Part shown: positions 1 to 11,356 of the stretch, one piece after another
How positions within the stretch are numbered: the stretch's first letter is position 1
Layout: the number at the start of each line of letters is the position of its first letter
Position numbers and translations under genes: made by a program
The notes under the pieces: model-generated
What the model saw: the letters and a program-made list of their open reading frames with translations, nothing else
The model's database searches: none
Told to the model about the DNA's origin: nothing
From: Microthyrium microscopicum
Taxonomy: Eukaryota
Direction of reading: 5' to 3'
NCBI GenBank assembly: GCA_010405405.1
Contig: MU004236.1
Span: forward strand, 239,071-259,070
DNA length: 20,000 nt

Positions 1-839
1 GCGAAATATGATGTCTATGTCAATCGTTGCTCTTCTCAAATATTGAGCTAGTCAGACGATACCGGAAGCTTCCTTGAGAAACTTGAAACCAGTCTGCCAT
101 TCGACATGAAAAAGTACCCTCTGACATCCTAGCTTGAAGCCCTTGTTTCTCGAAGCTTGCCTTTCTGTTCGTCCACTTCCTGTTCAAGTCACTGAAGGAT
201 TCAGGGTCCAGCAAACGGGAAGTCGTTCCGGGGACTCCAGTGTCTTTATTCTTCTTCTTGGTCACGCTATGCTACACCTGAGACGCCTATTGCCAGCATG
301 GCTAAAGGAAAACTACTTGGACACTAAAATGACTGAAACAAAGCATTGGCATAACGTAACTATTCGTTGTATCTATATAGGTATGTTTCTTCACATTTGC
401 GTATTCTGCCTTGTATGTCTTATGGTTCTGGAAACAATATGAAGAGCACCGCCTGGGTTTATCAACCATCCTAGATTTCAGACGTCACTTGGACGATTGT
501 TCGTCATCAGGCTGACTAGGTTGCAAACCTCCCCACGACTCAAGTTTTGGTGCGCTGGGATCGAGGTGAGAGTTGTCGATCTCTTCTCGTCCTAGCAATG
601 TCTTGCGCTGTTGAGACCAGCATGTTCAGCCGAGGGATTTAGACACGTTTGTTGAGTTTGTTGGTAGTCATCAGCAGAAATCTGCCCCGGGTTATGAGGA
701 GTATGCGTCTAATTCGCTGGCTCACTATAGGAGGTAGCTTATTGGCTGGTAAGTACTAGATAGATACATGTCGATGGGAAAATAGTTTCACGCATTTACA
801 GATTTAATTCATGAGGATATTGTCTTGTTGTTAGCCTCG

Positions 840-2570
840 TCACACGAGAACGAACTCTTCTGTCTCGAAAGGAAGAGGCTCTTTATGCAACCGGTCCAAC
901 CATGAGATATCTTCATGATCATAGTCCGGCTGAGCTTGTCGGCGCAATTCTACAAAGCCTTCTCCGTGCATTAGTTCCTTGACAAAGCACTCCCCAAGAA
1001 ACGTGTACGAGTCTCCGAATGGACGTAACAGCAGTGGCACTCTACCTCCGAGCAGTAGGCAGATCATGTCTCCGCCTCTGACAGAATGAGGTGCCATTCC
1101 AAAACTTCCCTTCGCCGATATGAAGAATTTTCGGTCCTTCATACCTCTTGCAACCAGTGTTGGCCTAAGCAATTTATTGTCAAGATTTTTGGGCAAGGCG
1201 TGCTTTAGGAGAAAGAAGCCATCGATTACGTCGTCAACAGCTGTTTTTAATGACTGCTCTGTCACCCTGTGTATATCGCCGGGCTTCCTGCCAGCGCATT
1301 CATTGATTCTTTCAAGGACAGATTGATTGTTTCGGTAGAATTCGTCGGGTTTGAAAGTATACCTGAATGTATCGATGTGTACCCCACTCAGGTGGAGCGT
1401 CCTTATACTATCGGTAGGCTGAATGATAGCCTTTGAGGACCCTGTAGCCGAGTGCTTTCCACCATGCGGCCAGGGAAGGAACGTACCCGTAGCTTTTTCT
1501 GATTCTCGCCAGTCAGGTACCCATGATGGAAGATTTCCTGTCGGCCTGGATCCCTCCACCGTGGAATGACTGGCCTCGAGGCAATGGAGTGAGCCAGTCG
1601 AGATGATGCGATGCTTAGCTACTGACGCAAATACCTCTTCGAAAGGCTTCTCATAGTCGGGTAAGACTTGCAAACCATCCGTGGATATCTCACGAAGTGC
1701 ATACACAAGATCGCGAGGATCTGTGGCTCCTACTCCACGCCGCCATGGAAGCATTTGTGAGAGCGACTGATTTTGGCTGGCGAGGTGTGAGAGCGACTGA
1801 TTTTGGAGCGGAAACCCATCCTTAGCCATGCGCAATATCTCTATAGCTTGCAACGCAGAGCCTAAAAGTTCAGGCCTCTGGTCAAGGAGATCGTTAACAA
1901 TATCGCGCATCTCTGTGGCAGGCAGACACCTAGAGCCACAATGTATTTTGACTTCGTCAGCTAAGAGGAATTCTTGGAATGTCCAGGCCCTGGTGAACCA
2001 GGACCGTCCAAGCAAGCTTTTGATCGCCAAGTACTCCAGATCCGTGGTTTGTTGGCTTTCGATATCGTCACCGGCCTCAAGCTCGTCTGTATGCCTTTGA
2101 AAGACCGAAACGGCCAATCTGGACTGCGCATCTTCTTCTCCAAGCCAGACCAGCACGCATGTTGCGCGTTTATATATACGGGCCATCAATTTGACCTGCG
2201 CGCTGCGTTCTGCAAGATCTTTTTGGTTGACGCTTATGCTATCGGCCCATAGATATCGAGGCTGCGTTTCGTCACGAAAGCGCAGTAGTGCATCACTGAG
2301 GTTTGCAGGTATCCCGAGCTCTTTTTCATCACATACAATGGGCACTAGATTTGTCGTGTCTCCCCAGACATAAGAAATCGCTTCAAAGGACCAAGAACTG
2401 TTGAAGGGAACTTCTTCGAGAGTACATTGTATTGCTTCGCCATCGGTGAGAGGGAGTAACTTCAACAGGCGAAAAGATGTTTCCGCAGACAGTGGCCGGT
2501 ATACATATTTGTCCATTTGATAGTAAAAGTTTGAGGTAAGCATAGAGGAGCAAGTTTGGTACCCAAACAT
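840..2570 (-). CDS. HET-domain (heterokaryon incompatibility, het-6-like) protein, intronless; likely start is ATG at 2516 (MDKYVYRPL...)
   Basis: The 576-aa ORF has hallmark HET motifs YRPL..FRLL, FEAISYVWG, LWADSISVNQKDLAERSAQVKLMARIY...VLVWLG and WFTRAWTFQE. It also has ATDPRDLVYAL, LPSWVPDW and the het-6-like C-terminus GDMICLLLGGRVPLLLRP...YTFLGECFV..LMHGE. Confidence 0.93.
   Translation of the reverse strand: MFGYQTCSSMLTSNFYYQMDKYVYRPLSAETSFRLLKLLPLTDGEAIQCTLEEVPFNSSWSFEAISYVWGDTTNLVPIVCDEKELGIPANLSDALLRFRDETQPRYLWADSISVNQKDLAERSAQVKLMARIYKRATCVLVWLGEEDAQSRLAVSVFQRHTDELEAGDDIESQQTTDLEYLAIKSLLGRSWFTRAWTFQEFLLADEVKIHCGSRCLPATEMRDIVNDLLDQRPELLGSALQAIEILRMAKDGFPLQNQSLSHLASQNQSLSQMLPWRRGVGATDPRDLVYALREISTDGLQVLPDYEKPFEEVFASVAKHRIISTGSLHCLEASHSTVEGSRPTGNLPSWVPDWRESEKATGTFLPWPHGGKHSATGSSKAIIQPTDSIRTLHLSGVHIDTFRYTFKPDEFYRNNQSVLERINECAGRKPGDIHRVTEQSLKTAVDDVIDGFFLLKHALPKNLDNKLLRPTLVARGMKDRKFFISAKGSFGMAPHSVRGGDMICLLLGGRVPLLLRPFGDSYTFLGECFVKELMHGEGFVELRRQAQPDYDHEDISWLDRLHKEPLPFETEEFVLV
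1756..1806. repeat. In-frame 30-bp-period tandem duplication inside the HET gene (QNQSLS x2)
   Basis: The exact 21-mer TGTGAGAGCGACTGATTTTGG occurs at 1756-1776 and 1786-1806. The protein reads QNQSLSHLASQNQSLSQML. Confidence 0.9.
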
Positions 2571-2610
2571 AGGGGGGAGAAGCTAGAGGCCGCTAGATTG
2601 ATTACACGAG

Positions 2611-2710
2611 AGGATCTAGTAGCGCGGCCGAAAAGTAACAGACCTTAGCCGCGTGGACTAACGGCTTCTGGACATGACATAAGCCGGCTGTCAGTGCAAT
2701 CAATCTTGCA
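2611..2710 (+). repeat. Diverged direct copy of the TMS1 proximal promoter (partner at 3918-4038)
   Basis: Colinear blocks GGCCGAAAAGTAACA, CATGACATAAGC, GCTGTCAGT(G/A)CAA and TCTTGCA are shared with 3918-4038. Confidence 0.8.
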
Positions 2711-2802
2711 ACCTACATCATGAAACCTACCAATCCAATACATGTTTTCTACGTGCACATAGTATAGATAGTATGTGAATCTCCAAGTCAAGACTTTCTT
2801 GT

Positions 2803-3177
2803 CTAAAACACAGCTTGTCGCAGCCCACAACCCAGCAGAACCGGCAAGAACACATAATGATCCCACAGTCCCCTTCCAAGAGCCTCATGCAACGCATACC
2901 CATCAACCACCACAACGCAAGCACCCGCCAACAGAACCCATCCGATGACTCTTCTACTTCGATGATAGATAGCAGCCCATGTCGTAATACCCATGTATAT
3001 GTCGCGGATTGCGAAGCCTTTGCGCAAAATGTCCACCAACTCGGCATTGGCGGTAGACACTGGAGGATTCTTGAACATGAGTGGGATGATAAAGTCGGGT
3101 GCTAGTAGGAGGAGAAGGCCCACTAGGATTGGCATTGTCGCAAAGTATGCGTTTATGAATGTAAGGAAGCGTGGCAT
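2803..3177 (-). CDS. Small integral membrane protein, DUF4267-like
   Basis: The 124-aa ATG-initiated ORF has about four hydrophobic segments and the pattern IRDIYMG...VVDG...WDH that I associate with fungal DUF4267 proteins. Confidence 0.75.
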   Translation of the reverse strand: MPRFLTFINAYFATMPILVGLLLLLAPDFIIPLMFKNPPVSTANAELVDILRKGFAIRDIYMGITTWAAIYHRSRRVIGWVLLAGACVVVVDGYALHEALGRGLWDHYVFLPVLLGCGLRQAVF

Positions 3178-3917
3178 GGCGGGTGGTTTCTGGCTGGGTT
3201 TGCTGTGGGTTGGATTCTGAGTGTTTTTTGTGATTAGGCTTTGCTAAAAGGTTGACGGTTTAGTCGTATGTCTCCAGGGACGAGAAACCAAAGAGGAGAG
3301 GTTCTTCTAGCATGGCAAAGCTGGGGTAACAGGTATAGAGTCCTAGAGTAAGCGTAGGTAGCTGACGTGAGCACTATACCCTAAGTTAGGCCCAAAGTTT
3401 TCGTGCCAGTTAGGAGGCTGTCGACCTCATTTGGAGTACATGATCTTGTCCGGCAGAATCTGCCACACTGAATTATGTGCAGGAAGTGACCTGTATGACT
3501 TACAGAAATGACCTTCAAGTCCTAAGAGATCGGCCTCTACTTCTAACATTTCGAGCTTTGAGAAAGCCTGCTTAGATCGTAAATCATTAGATATGGACTG
3601 TCAAAACGGCTAGTAACGGCGCCATTGAATACAATAGGCTATAAAGCAGTTGTATTTACCCACTAGACATGAGAAATTGCGTCGAAGTCCAGCGCCTCGC
3701 TGAATTCGACCTCCTCAAGAGCACTCCGTCCAGAGCTTCATCATTGGTACGTAGAAGCAGAGTCACCAGGCGGAGTAATATCAGGCAGTAGCCGGTAAAT
3801 ACTATTGTCCATTTGATTGTGTAGTGACGTGAGTATGAAGTAGCAGGAGTTGAGGTCAGTTTGATGATCGCCTTTAAAGGCGATGGCAGGAATTCGCGGC
3901 GGCTAACCCCTGCGCTA

Positions 3918-4038
3918 AGGTCTGGTAATGGAAAGCGGGCCGAAAAGTAACAAGATTTAAACGCATGCACTAGCTATTTGTAGCCATGACATAAGCGGGC
4001 GTTTGGCGCTGTCAGTACAACCTCAACGACGTCTTGCA
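3918..4038 (+). promoter_or_regulatory. TMS1 proximal promoter containing a bZIP/CRE-like ATGACATAAGC element, duplicated at 2611-2710
   Basis: It lies 46-166 bp upstream of the TMS1 ATG (4084). Motif blocks are retained in both copies while the spacers have diverged. Regulatory function is inferred. Confidence 0.5.
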
Positions 4039-4083
4039 TTCGCCTGTTGCCTTCTACACCTCTCGTCATATCATACAACAGCT

Positions 4084-5587
4084 ATGGGTGCTCTGCTTTC
4101 TCTACCGCTACTGGCGATTCCTAGCCTCGGAACTGTATGTTCTCTCAACTCACCTAGCTCCTATATACTGACCACATTTCTAGGTCCTCTCCGTTGGTGC
4201 GTCATGTTGCGGAGCAGCAACCTGCTCTGCCTTGTGCAGCGCATGCGGCAAATGCCAGAACAGTGTCATGACTAGAATCGGATACGCCATCCTCCTTCTC
4301 GTAAACTCGATCGTCTCCTGGCTGATGCTTACCGACTGGGCAATCAAGAAACTGGAACATCTTACAATGGACTACATGAAGCTATCGTGTGTTGGCAAGG
4401 AGTGCTACGGATTCGTTGCGGTCCATCGCATGAACTTTGCGTTGGGTACCTTCCATTTCCTGATGGCTGTACTGCTAGTTGGTGTCAACTCATCGAGAGA
4501 TAAACGGGCACCTATCCAAAACAGCTTCTGGGGCCCCAAGATCATCGCCTGGCTCGGCCTTATCGTGGTCTCTTTCTTCATCCCCGACTCCTTCTTCGTC
4601 GCTTGGGGGAACTACGTCGCGCTCGTGGGCGCCATGCTCTTCCTCCTCCTCGGTCTCGTCCTACTCGTCGATCTAGCCCACACCTGGGCGGAACACTGCC
4701 TCGAGCGCATCGATACCACCGAGTCCAAAACCTGGCAAGCCATGCTCATCGGCTCCACTCTATCCATGTATCTCGGCACCCTCGCCATGACCATCGTCAT
4801 GTACATCTTCTTCGCCGGCGCCGGCTGTTCCATGAACCAAGCCGCCATCACCGTCAACCTCCTCCTCGCCATCGCCATCACCGCCCTGAGCATCCACCCC
4901 ACCATTCAAGCCTACAACCCCCGCGCAGGTCTCTGTCAAGCCAGCATGGTGGCGGTATACTGCACATACCTAACCATGAGTGCCGTCGGCATGGAACCCG
5001 ACAACACATGCAACCCCCTCCAACGCGCCAACGGCACCCGCACCGCCTCCATCGTTCTCGGCGCCTTCGTCACCTTTCTCACCATGGCCTGGACCACCAC
5101 CCGCGCCGCGACCATGGGTCTCGCAGGCTCCAGCGTCCGCAACGGCGGCTACGGAGCCGTACCATCTGGCGACGAAGAATACACGCACAGCCTCGTTTCC
5201 ACCCAACCATCCAGCCGCCGCGAACTCCGCGACGCTGCACTCCGCGCCGCCGTCAACAGCGGCAGTCTACCCGCATCCGCACTAGACGACGCAGACGACG
5301 ATTACTACAGTGACAGCGAAGATGGTAACGGAAAGAAGCGTGATGATGAGCGCGGCGGAACACAATATAACTACTCACTCTTCCACGTGGTGTTTTTACT
5401 GTCAACTGCATGGGTAGCCACACTGTTGACGCAGAATATTACGGCTGACAAGGACTTGCACTTTGCGCCGGTGGGCCGATCATATTGGGCGAGTTGGGTC
5501 AAGATTGTGAGCAGCTGGGTGTGTTATACGATATATTCATGGAGCTTGGCGGCTCCGGCGGTACTGCCGGATCGCTTTGATTATTAA
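4084..5587 (+). CDS. TMS1: Serinc/TMS1 family membrane protein, ~484 aa; exons 4084-4134 and 4184-5587
   Basis: The spliced N-terminus reads MGALLSLPLLAIPSLGT|VLSVGASCCGAATCSALCSACGKCQNS. The intron is GTATGT...CTGAC...TAG (4135-4183). Serinc motifs include CYGFVAVHRMNFALG, IQNSFWGPKI, VDLAHTWAEHC, QYNYSLFH, SWVKIVSSWVCY and the terminal APAVLPDRFDY. Confidence 0.96.
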
Positions 5588-6676
5588 AGATTGGAAATAA
5601 GGACATATGGTGCATATTTGGCTGGTCGAAGATGGATGGGTGGGCGGCGCTTGATTGATTTTCTCACTCCCTATAGCATAAACATAAACTTATTCTTTGA
5701 CTGCTCCTACACTTCTGACGGTTGTTCCATTGTTGTGAGAGTTGATAATCGCATGGCTGTAGTCGGTCCGTCCGGGCAATAGTGCAAAAGATAACATGTG
5801 GAAAATATCACGTTTACAATCACAAGAAAACCAGTAGAATCACTGTCATGAGAATTTGCACTACAAAGCACTATGACAAGCAGCGTCAGCTTCCGCCGCG
5901 CTGAACGCTTCCGCTGCGTATGAATCTCTCCATATTCCGACTTCCTCGGAGAAGATGTCTAAACCTAGACTTTTTGTAATGCGCAAGATCCTTCGCATAT
6001 CATTAAACAGCGCATATCCCTCTTAGTAGAGGCAGTTACAGCGAACACCGTACGGAAAAAGAAAAGCCATGTCGGACCACAGTTTGTGAAAAAACGTGGG
6101 AGGTGCAGATGACGCCAGAATAAACGCCGTAAGATAGAACGCCAGGCCAATTTGCTTCGCTCTTGAAATATGCGAGTAGCTCGAAGAAGACCCGTTTTCC
6201 GCAAGATCAGCCAGGTCAAGGGGAAAAGAAAACCGTTACGTTATGTGGGCCTTCGTATGGGGCACGCCGAGCCCAATCCTGAGTTTCCTGACAAGTAGTG
6301 CAACATATGGTTCGTTATGCGTCGTTATGTGGTTTGTTTAGTCGTCAGTGTGATGGGAGGTTGTTGGTGAAGAAAGCTCTGGGAAGCTTGTTGATGTTGG
6401 TTCTCCAGGTATTTGGAAACGCGATATGGTCGTCGGGGGAGATGTCGATGGCCAGATATTAGTTGTGATTTTATGAATATATGATACATGGACGCGGCTT
6501 ATTGGCGTTGGGCGGCATCAGGATTGGAGGCATAACGTATGTAACCAGTGGTATGGTGATATTGCATTGCTGAGAATGGATTTCTTTAAGCATGCGCCAT
6601 TTGGTTGTGAGAGCCGAGATCCAACTGTGCAAAGTGTGTGATTGTTGTTGAGTATTAGCGAGCCAGAGAGAAATCA

Positions 6677-7993
6677 TTATAATATACCCGAGTCCTTAAG
6701 GGCATTATGCAGTATCGTCTCTTTGACAGCTGCAAAAACAAGCCTGATGTTGGAAGTATCCGTTGCTTGGGTTAGGCTAGATATTTAGTTAGGAAAAGCG
6801 AGCTCTATGTTTGGTGTTTGCCTTACTGAGGATATAGATTCAAATGTGCTCGGTTCACTTGATTAAACCTCCAAAGCAGATACTTCGCGGCCCGGTTGAC
6901 ATCATTACCACCAGAATAATCTGGAAAGTAACTGCTTAAAGGCGATCGCGCGAGCTTTTGCTTGAAGAGATCGACTTTGTTGAGAAAAAGGATGATACTG
7001 GTTCTCATGAACCATCTCGAGTTTACGACCGAGTCAAAGAGAACGAGAGACTCCATCATTCGATTCTGGATCGAGTTAGTGTGACTTTATTTGTTCTAAT
7101 TTTCCGAATTACCTGGCTGCTTTCTTCCAAAAGTACTTGGTCGTACTCGCTCAAGGCTACACAGAAGATGATGGATGTGACATTTTCAAAACAATGTATC
7201 CACTTCTTGCGTTCACTTCGCTGACCACCGACGTCAAACATGCTGGTCAACATTAGCTTTGATTAGTGAGGTAGACAAAAGACTCACTGTATGCTCAATT
7301 GACCCATAGAAAACCGAGTCTCATAGATACCGGTAGTTTTGGTTCTTGCTCTTAAAACATCGGCTTCTGTTGGGGTGTATTCTGGATTCGCGATTCGATT
7401 CACCTCGTCGAAAAAGCTAAAAGCGTCAGCATATCGCAAAACGGCTCGAAACGGAACCATACTATGGAGCGGAGTCCATCATGTAGAAAGCGGTTTGATG
7501 TTCCAGGACCTTTGCCACACATGGATCATGCCATAACGAGCTAACAGCAGTGCCAACCCTCGTCTCTATGGGCTTCTCTGGATCAGGATCAACCGAGTAT
7601 TCCATCAGGTAGTCGATGAACTGCTTGTTGGCATCAATCTCCGGTTCTATCTCAAATTGCCTCATTGCTGATATCAATGATTTGGCGCAGTCGAGTACAT
7701 TCTTGTATATTGTCAACCGGTACATGGAAAGTTCGTCGGGGCTGTAACCATTTTGGTGTATGATTTTCATCTGCTTCACAATTGTCGACTTGCCACTCTC
7801 ACCCGACCCTATACGTCTGATTAGCTTCTCATTGTATGACTACTAAAGTCGGTCGAGATTGGCACTGACCAAGCAGTAGTATTTTGCATTCCCGCCGTAA
7901 CTTCCTTGAATCCTCCTCTAACTTTCGGTCAATGGCCTGACTTCTCTTCTTTTGCTCCAGATCCTCGGCATTTGTACTCATACATGCACCCAT
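6677..7993 (-). CDS. ganB: Heterotrimeric G-protein alpha subunit, fungal group III (GanB/GpaB/GNA-3/MagA type), 355 aa; exons 7993-7870, 7808-7463, 7416-7288, 7242-7113, 7065-6827, 6776-6677
   Basis: It has an MGACMS N-terminus (myristoylation/palmitoylation), the P-loop [47 protein letters not shown] and a KDSGIL C-terminus. Five GT-AG introns of 45-61 nt give a 1068-nt in-frame CDS. Confidence 0.97.
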
Positions 7994-9619
7994 GATTGCG
8001 GTACCGATATGAAAAGACGGCTCTTATCAGCGGTAGGAATGGAATCGCCAATAGCCCAAATAAGATCAAGATGGACAAAGAGCTGAATAAACCAGCGCAA
8101 GCCGAAGTGAACAATGGGAGGATCGAAGGGCGCAACGGCCCGTCGACGTGGGAAGCCGAGGGGATAGTTGCAGGTGGGTGTGATGAGTTGGTGATCGGGC
8201 GACGGAGATGGGGAGAAGCCGTGGACTCGGGATTGTTGATGTCGATGGTAGCTGGTGGTTTGGCGGGGAGAGGCGGACAGGTGGAGGAGATGGCAGGCGC
8301 CTAGTCAGGACGGGGTGGGTAGGGCGATGACACGGACGATGGTTAGCAATGGGGGAGTGCAAGGAGTTGGTTGCAAGATGGCCCTGGTCGTTGAGAGAGT
8401 CGCGATGGATGGTGGAGCTTAAAAGGAGGGCTTGGACACCGTGCACAAGCTGAAGCAGGCAAAGGCGGGAGCGTTGAGCGTCGCTAGATGGGGTGAGGTA
8501 TGCTAAAAGATGGAACAGCAACAAGGGCAGTAGATGGCGGGAGGTTGAAAGATGTTGTTGAAGGGAGAGAGTATGATTGAGATGAGAGATGAGGATTGGG
8601 AGAGGATGGCGACGGGATCAAACAAGGTGATTACGAGAGGCAAGACTCAAGTGGAGTACAGAGGAGAGTTGGAACTTTGGGAGAGTGGAGGTGTGCAGTG
8701 TGCTTTGTGGACTGATTGAGAGATGGTCTGGGGGCTCAGACCTCGCAGACCTTTGAAAGGGAATTGGCGGCAGGTGCTGTGGGTGAAAAGCGTGGCTCGC
8801 TCCTGCCAAATGCAAGCGTGCCGTGGTTTTGGAGCCTTTTTAGCGATCGCCCTTGCCTAACTCAGCAACTCTTCAACCTGCTTCATTTCATCCCATCATT
8901 GATCCATCCCTACCTATCATTCTGACATTTATTTGAATACACAAATGCTTACATGCCTCAAGTCAAAAGAATCATCAGATTCCGCCTTGCGGTCAAGTTC
9001 ATCTTCCCCTCTCATCTCAAGACGATGGGCCGCCATTGCAGATCATAAAGCCGATCCAGTTGGCCAGTTACTTGGTATTCAACATGCATACTGCATATAA
9101 TTTACAAAGTCAGATCCTTTCTCGACACGTTTATATTCGTACCGAGTTCCTACCATCAAACTGTTGGATCCATCTGTAAATACATTGAACCATATGCGAT
9201 GCGATCAGACACTACTAATGTGTCTTCAATCGCTCTATACTTTCCAAGCCCAGAAACGGTGGTGTAGCGACTATCAATTACAATGTAGAGCTGTTTCTTG
9301 TAAGTTGTAATCCAAGACATACATTCATACGATTACCAGTCTACTTGACTGGCCAGCCATAAGCCCCATTTCGCTGGCAAGTACAAGATCAATCAACCGA
9401 CCTATCTCGAAGCCCAGTGTGGCAGTCTCCACTCTCCACCCAAAAGAGCACTTTGCGTTTGCCGATCATTAAGACCACGAGGTCGCGCACGCGGTCAGAC
9501 AGCCGACAAGAACAAGCGAACACAACGGGACAGGCGAGAAACGATTTTACCCAAAAGAAAAAGCAATTGTTTACTCCAGATCTTTTTTCTCAATTCCGGC
9601 CAATCGCTACTGCCGTCAA

Positions 9620-11356
9620 AACTTGTCTCAGACTTCTTCTCTTAGCAACCAGCATTTTTCCATTCCATACCAAGACGATCCGAACAAATATTTGCCCAGC
9701 TGTGAAACCATACAAAGCGGTACTTGCGTGACTGCGTTTCTAGACACTTTTCTTTCACATCCAGAATGCTTTCTCGACAACAACAAACACGCGATAGGCA
9801 TGCGCAACTCCTTACTGCATGTCTGCAACCATCCATCCATTTTTTACCCGTCCAGACGCTGCTAACCGCGAAAGATACTCGAGATCAATAACATACCGCA
9901 CGAACCCAATGCCTTTGATCACTGTCAGATTCCACGTGCTTAACGAGGCTAGTGAGCCATGCAGCATGCCCTGAATATTCCCGCCAAACATTCCACACAA
10001 CAGCATCTAATTAGGTGCTTCCTCCAAGGATGGCCTGGATTTCTTGCAACAACAAAGTCTCCTCATGCATTTGCCCTGAAGGAACGCATCCTGCTCACAG
10101 ACCAGAGAAGGAATTTGAATTGTTCGAGAATTCCGACGTATGCTCGGCCGGCTTGGTGGGATATTTATTCTTGGTGTGTAACCATGTTGCACATCAACTG
10201 CTGTTGAGCGGACAGAGACCGGGCGAGCGGTTGTGACCACTTCTCAAACACATCTCTCAGCATGGCCGTTCAATTTCCATGAATTTCTTCACGATTTCAA
10301 TTGCTTGGCTTCGTCTGTCATTGACCACGCTACAAGAACCGCTTTGGTAATCCAGCCTGGCCTTGAAAGAGTGCTTCAGTAGTCCAGATTGAGTTTTGTT
10401 TTTGATCTTTCATATATCTTCAGCGACGTAATTTTTGGTTTGGTATGCTCCATGGTAAACAAGCGTGCAAGATCTCGTGGCAAGTTTGAAACGGATATTA
10501 TCGCACATGGCTTCTCCACTGTATTTGGTGTCGCTACCGGTACATCCGCGTTCCTCCTAACTGCAGCGGAAAGATGAGGGCTCTCTCGTTGAGCCCAGCA
10601 CCGAGAACTAAATCTTGCGAAAATATCGAATCGCTACGTGGAAGGATATGGCGAATAAGGATAAAATCTAAATGGAGCAGTTTAGCAATCTCAGCAAAAC
10701 CATCATTTTCTATACTCCAAATAGAAAAACTGTTCTGGTTTTCAATGGCCACCATGGCTCGCAACGTTGGTCGTTCTCATCAATCTGTCATGAGATATTT
10801 CAGTACTGCGAAATCGCAAGGAACCTCGGCACCCGCTATGCGCATTGGTTGCTTTTTAGGTGGTTCCGCTGAACACTTCAGGCTTTAAATGTGCAGTGTT
10901 TCCTTGATTTGTGGTCCGAACATTTTCGGAATTTCCAAGCTTTTGAAGGAGGATGTTATCCATGCTATCTACTAGCGTTCTTGTAAGGAGGATGTCGATT
11001 TCGAGGTCGAGGGGTGCCTTCGCGAACATGGAGTCGCATTTCGCATTGCGCAAGAAGGACAACGGTTTATCTAGGAGTAGATCTGGCGTGCGTCCATCCA
11101 GGTTGATTCTTCTGGACGGCAAAGAGTCGGTAGGTGAACAATTAAAGGAAATCAGATCATTATCAAGCTCGACTTCAGCGATCGCGATTTCGTACTTGTA
11201 TCGCGCCAGTGTATCGCGCTGGCCCTGCGTGCTATGTACCATGACGTAGGCGATATGGATGTCAAATATTGGCCCTGCGGCCAAAGAAGGACGGCATTGT
11301 AGAAGAATCCGATAGACCTTGAAGTTCAGGATGCTTTCTCATTGGATGGAACCCAT
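9620..11356 (-). pseudogene. Probable decayed gene of unknown family (fragmented ORFs)
   Basis: CACC-ATG at 11356 is in frame with the 142-aa ORF 11284-10856 but is interrupted by TGA at 11341-11339. Protein-like minus-strand fragments continue across stops and frame changes, for example AMVAIENQNSFSIWS, MLRDVFEKWSQPLAR and HEETLLLQEIQAILGG. No family motif was recognised and the 3' end is approximate. Confidence 0.35.

Noticed and set aside
20..442. Short ORFs 20-265 (-) and 134-442 (+)
   Set aside because: They have non-ATG starts, no recognisable motif and no convincing splice model. They could belong to something outside the window, but that is unsupported.
1120..2373. Antisense and alternate-frame ORFs within the HET gene
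   Set aside because: They are fully explained as by-products of the HET coding sequence.
4479..5313. Long overlapping Arg/His/Pro-rich and antisense ORFs, such as the 236-aa ORF at 4603-5313
   Set aside because: These are shadow ORFs caused by strong C bias at third codon positions in the middle of TMS1.
5591..6677. Short ORFs between the convergent TMS1 and G-alpha stops
   Set aside because: They show no protein-like motifs; the region fits 3' UTR and terminator sequence.
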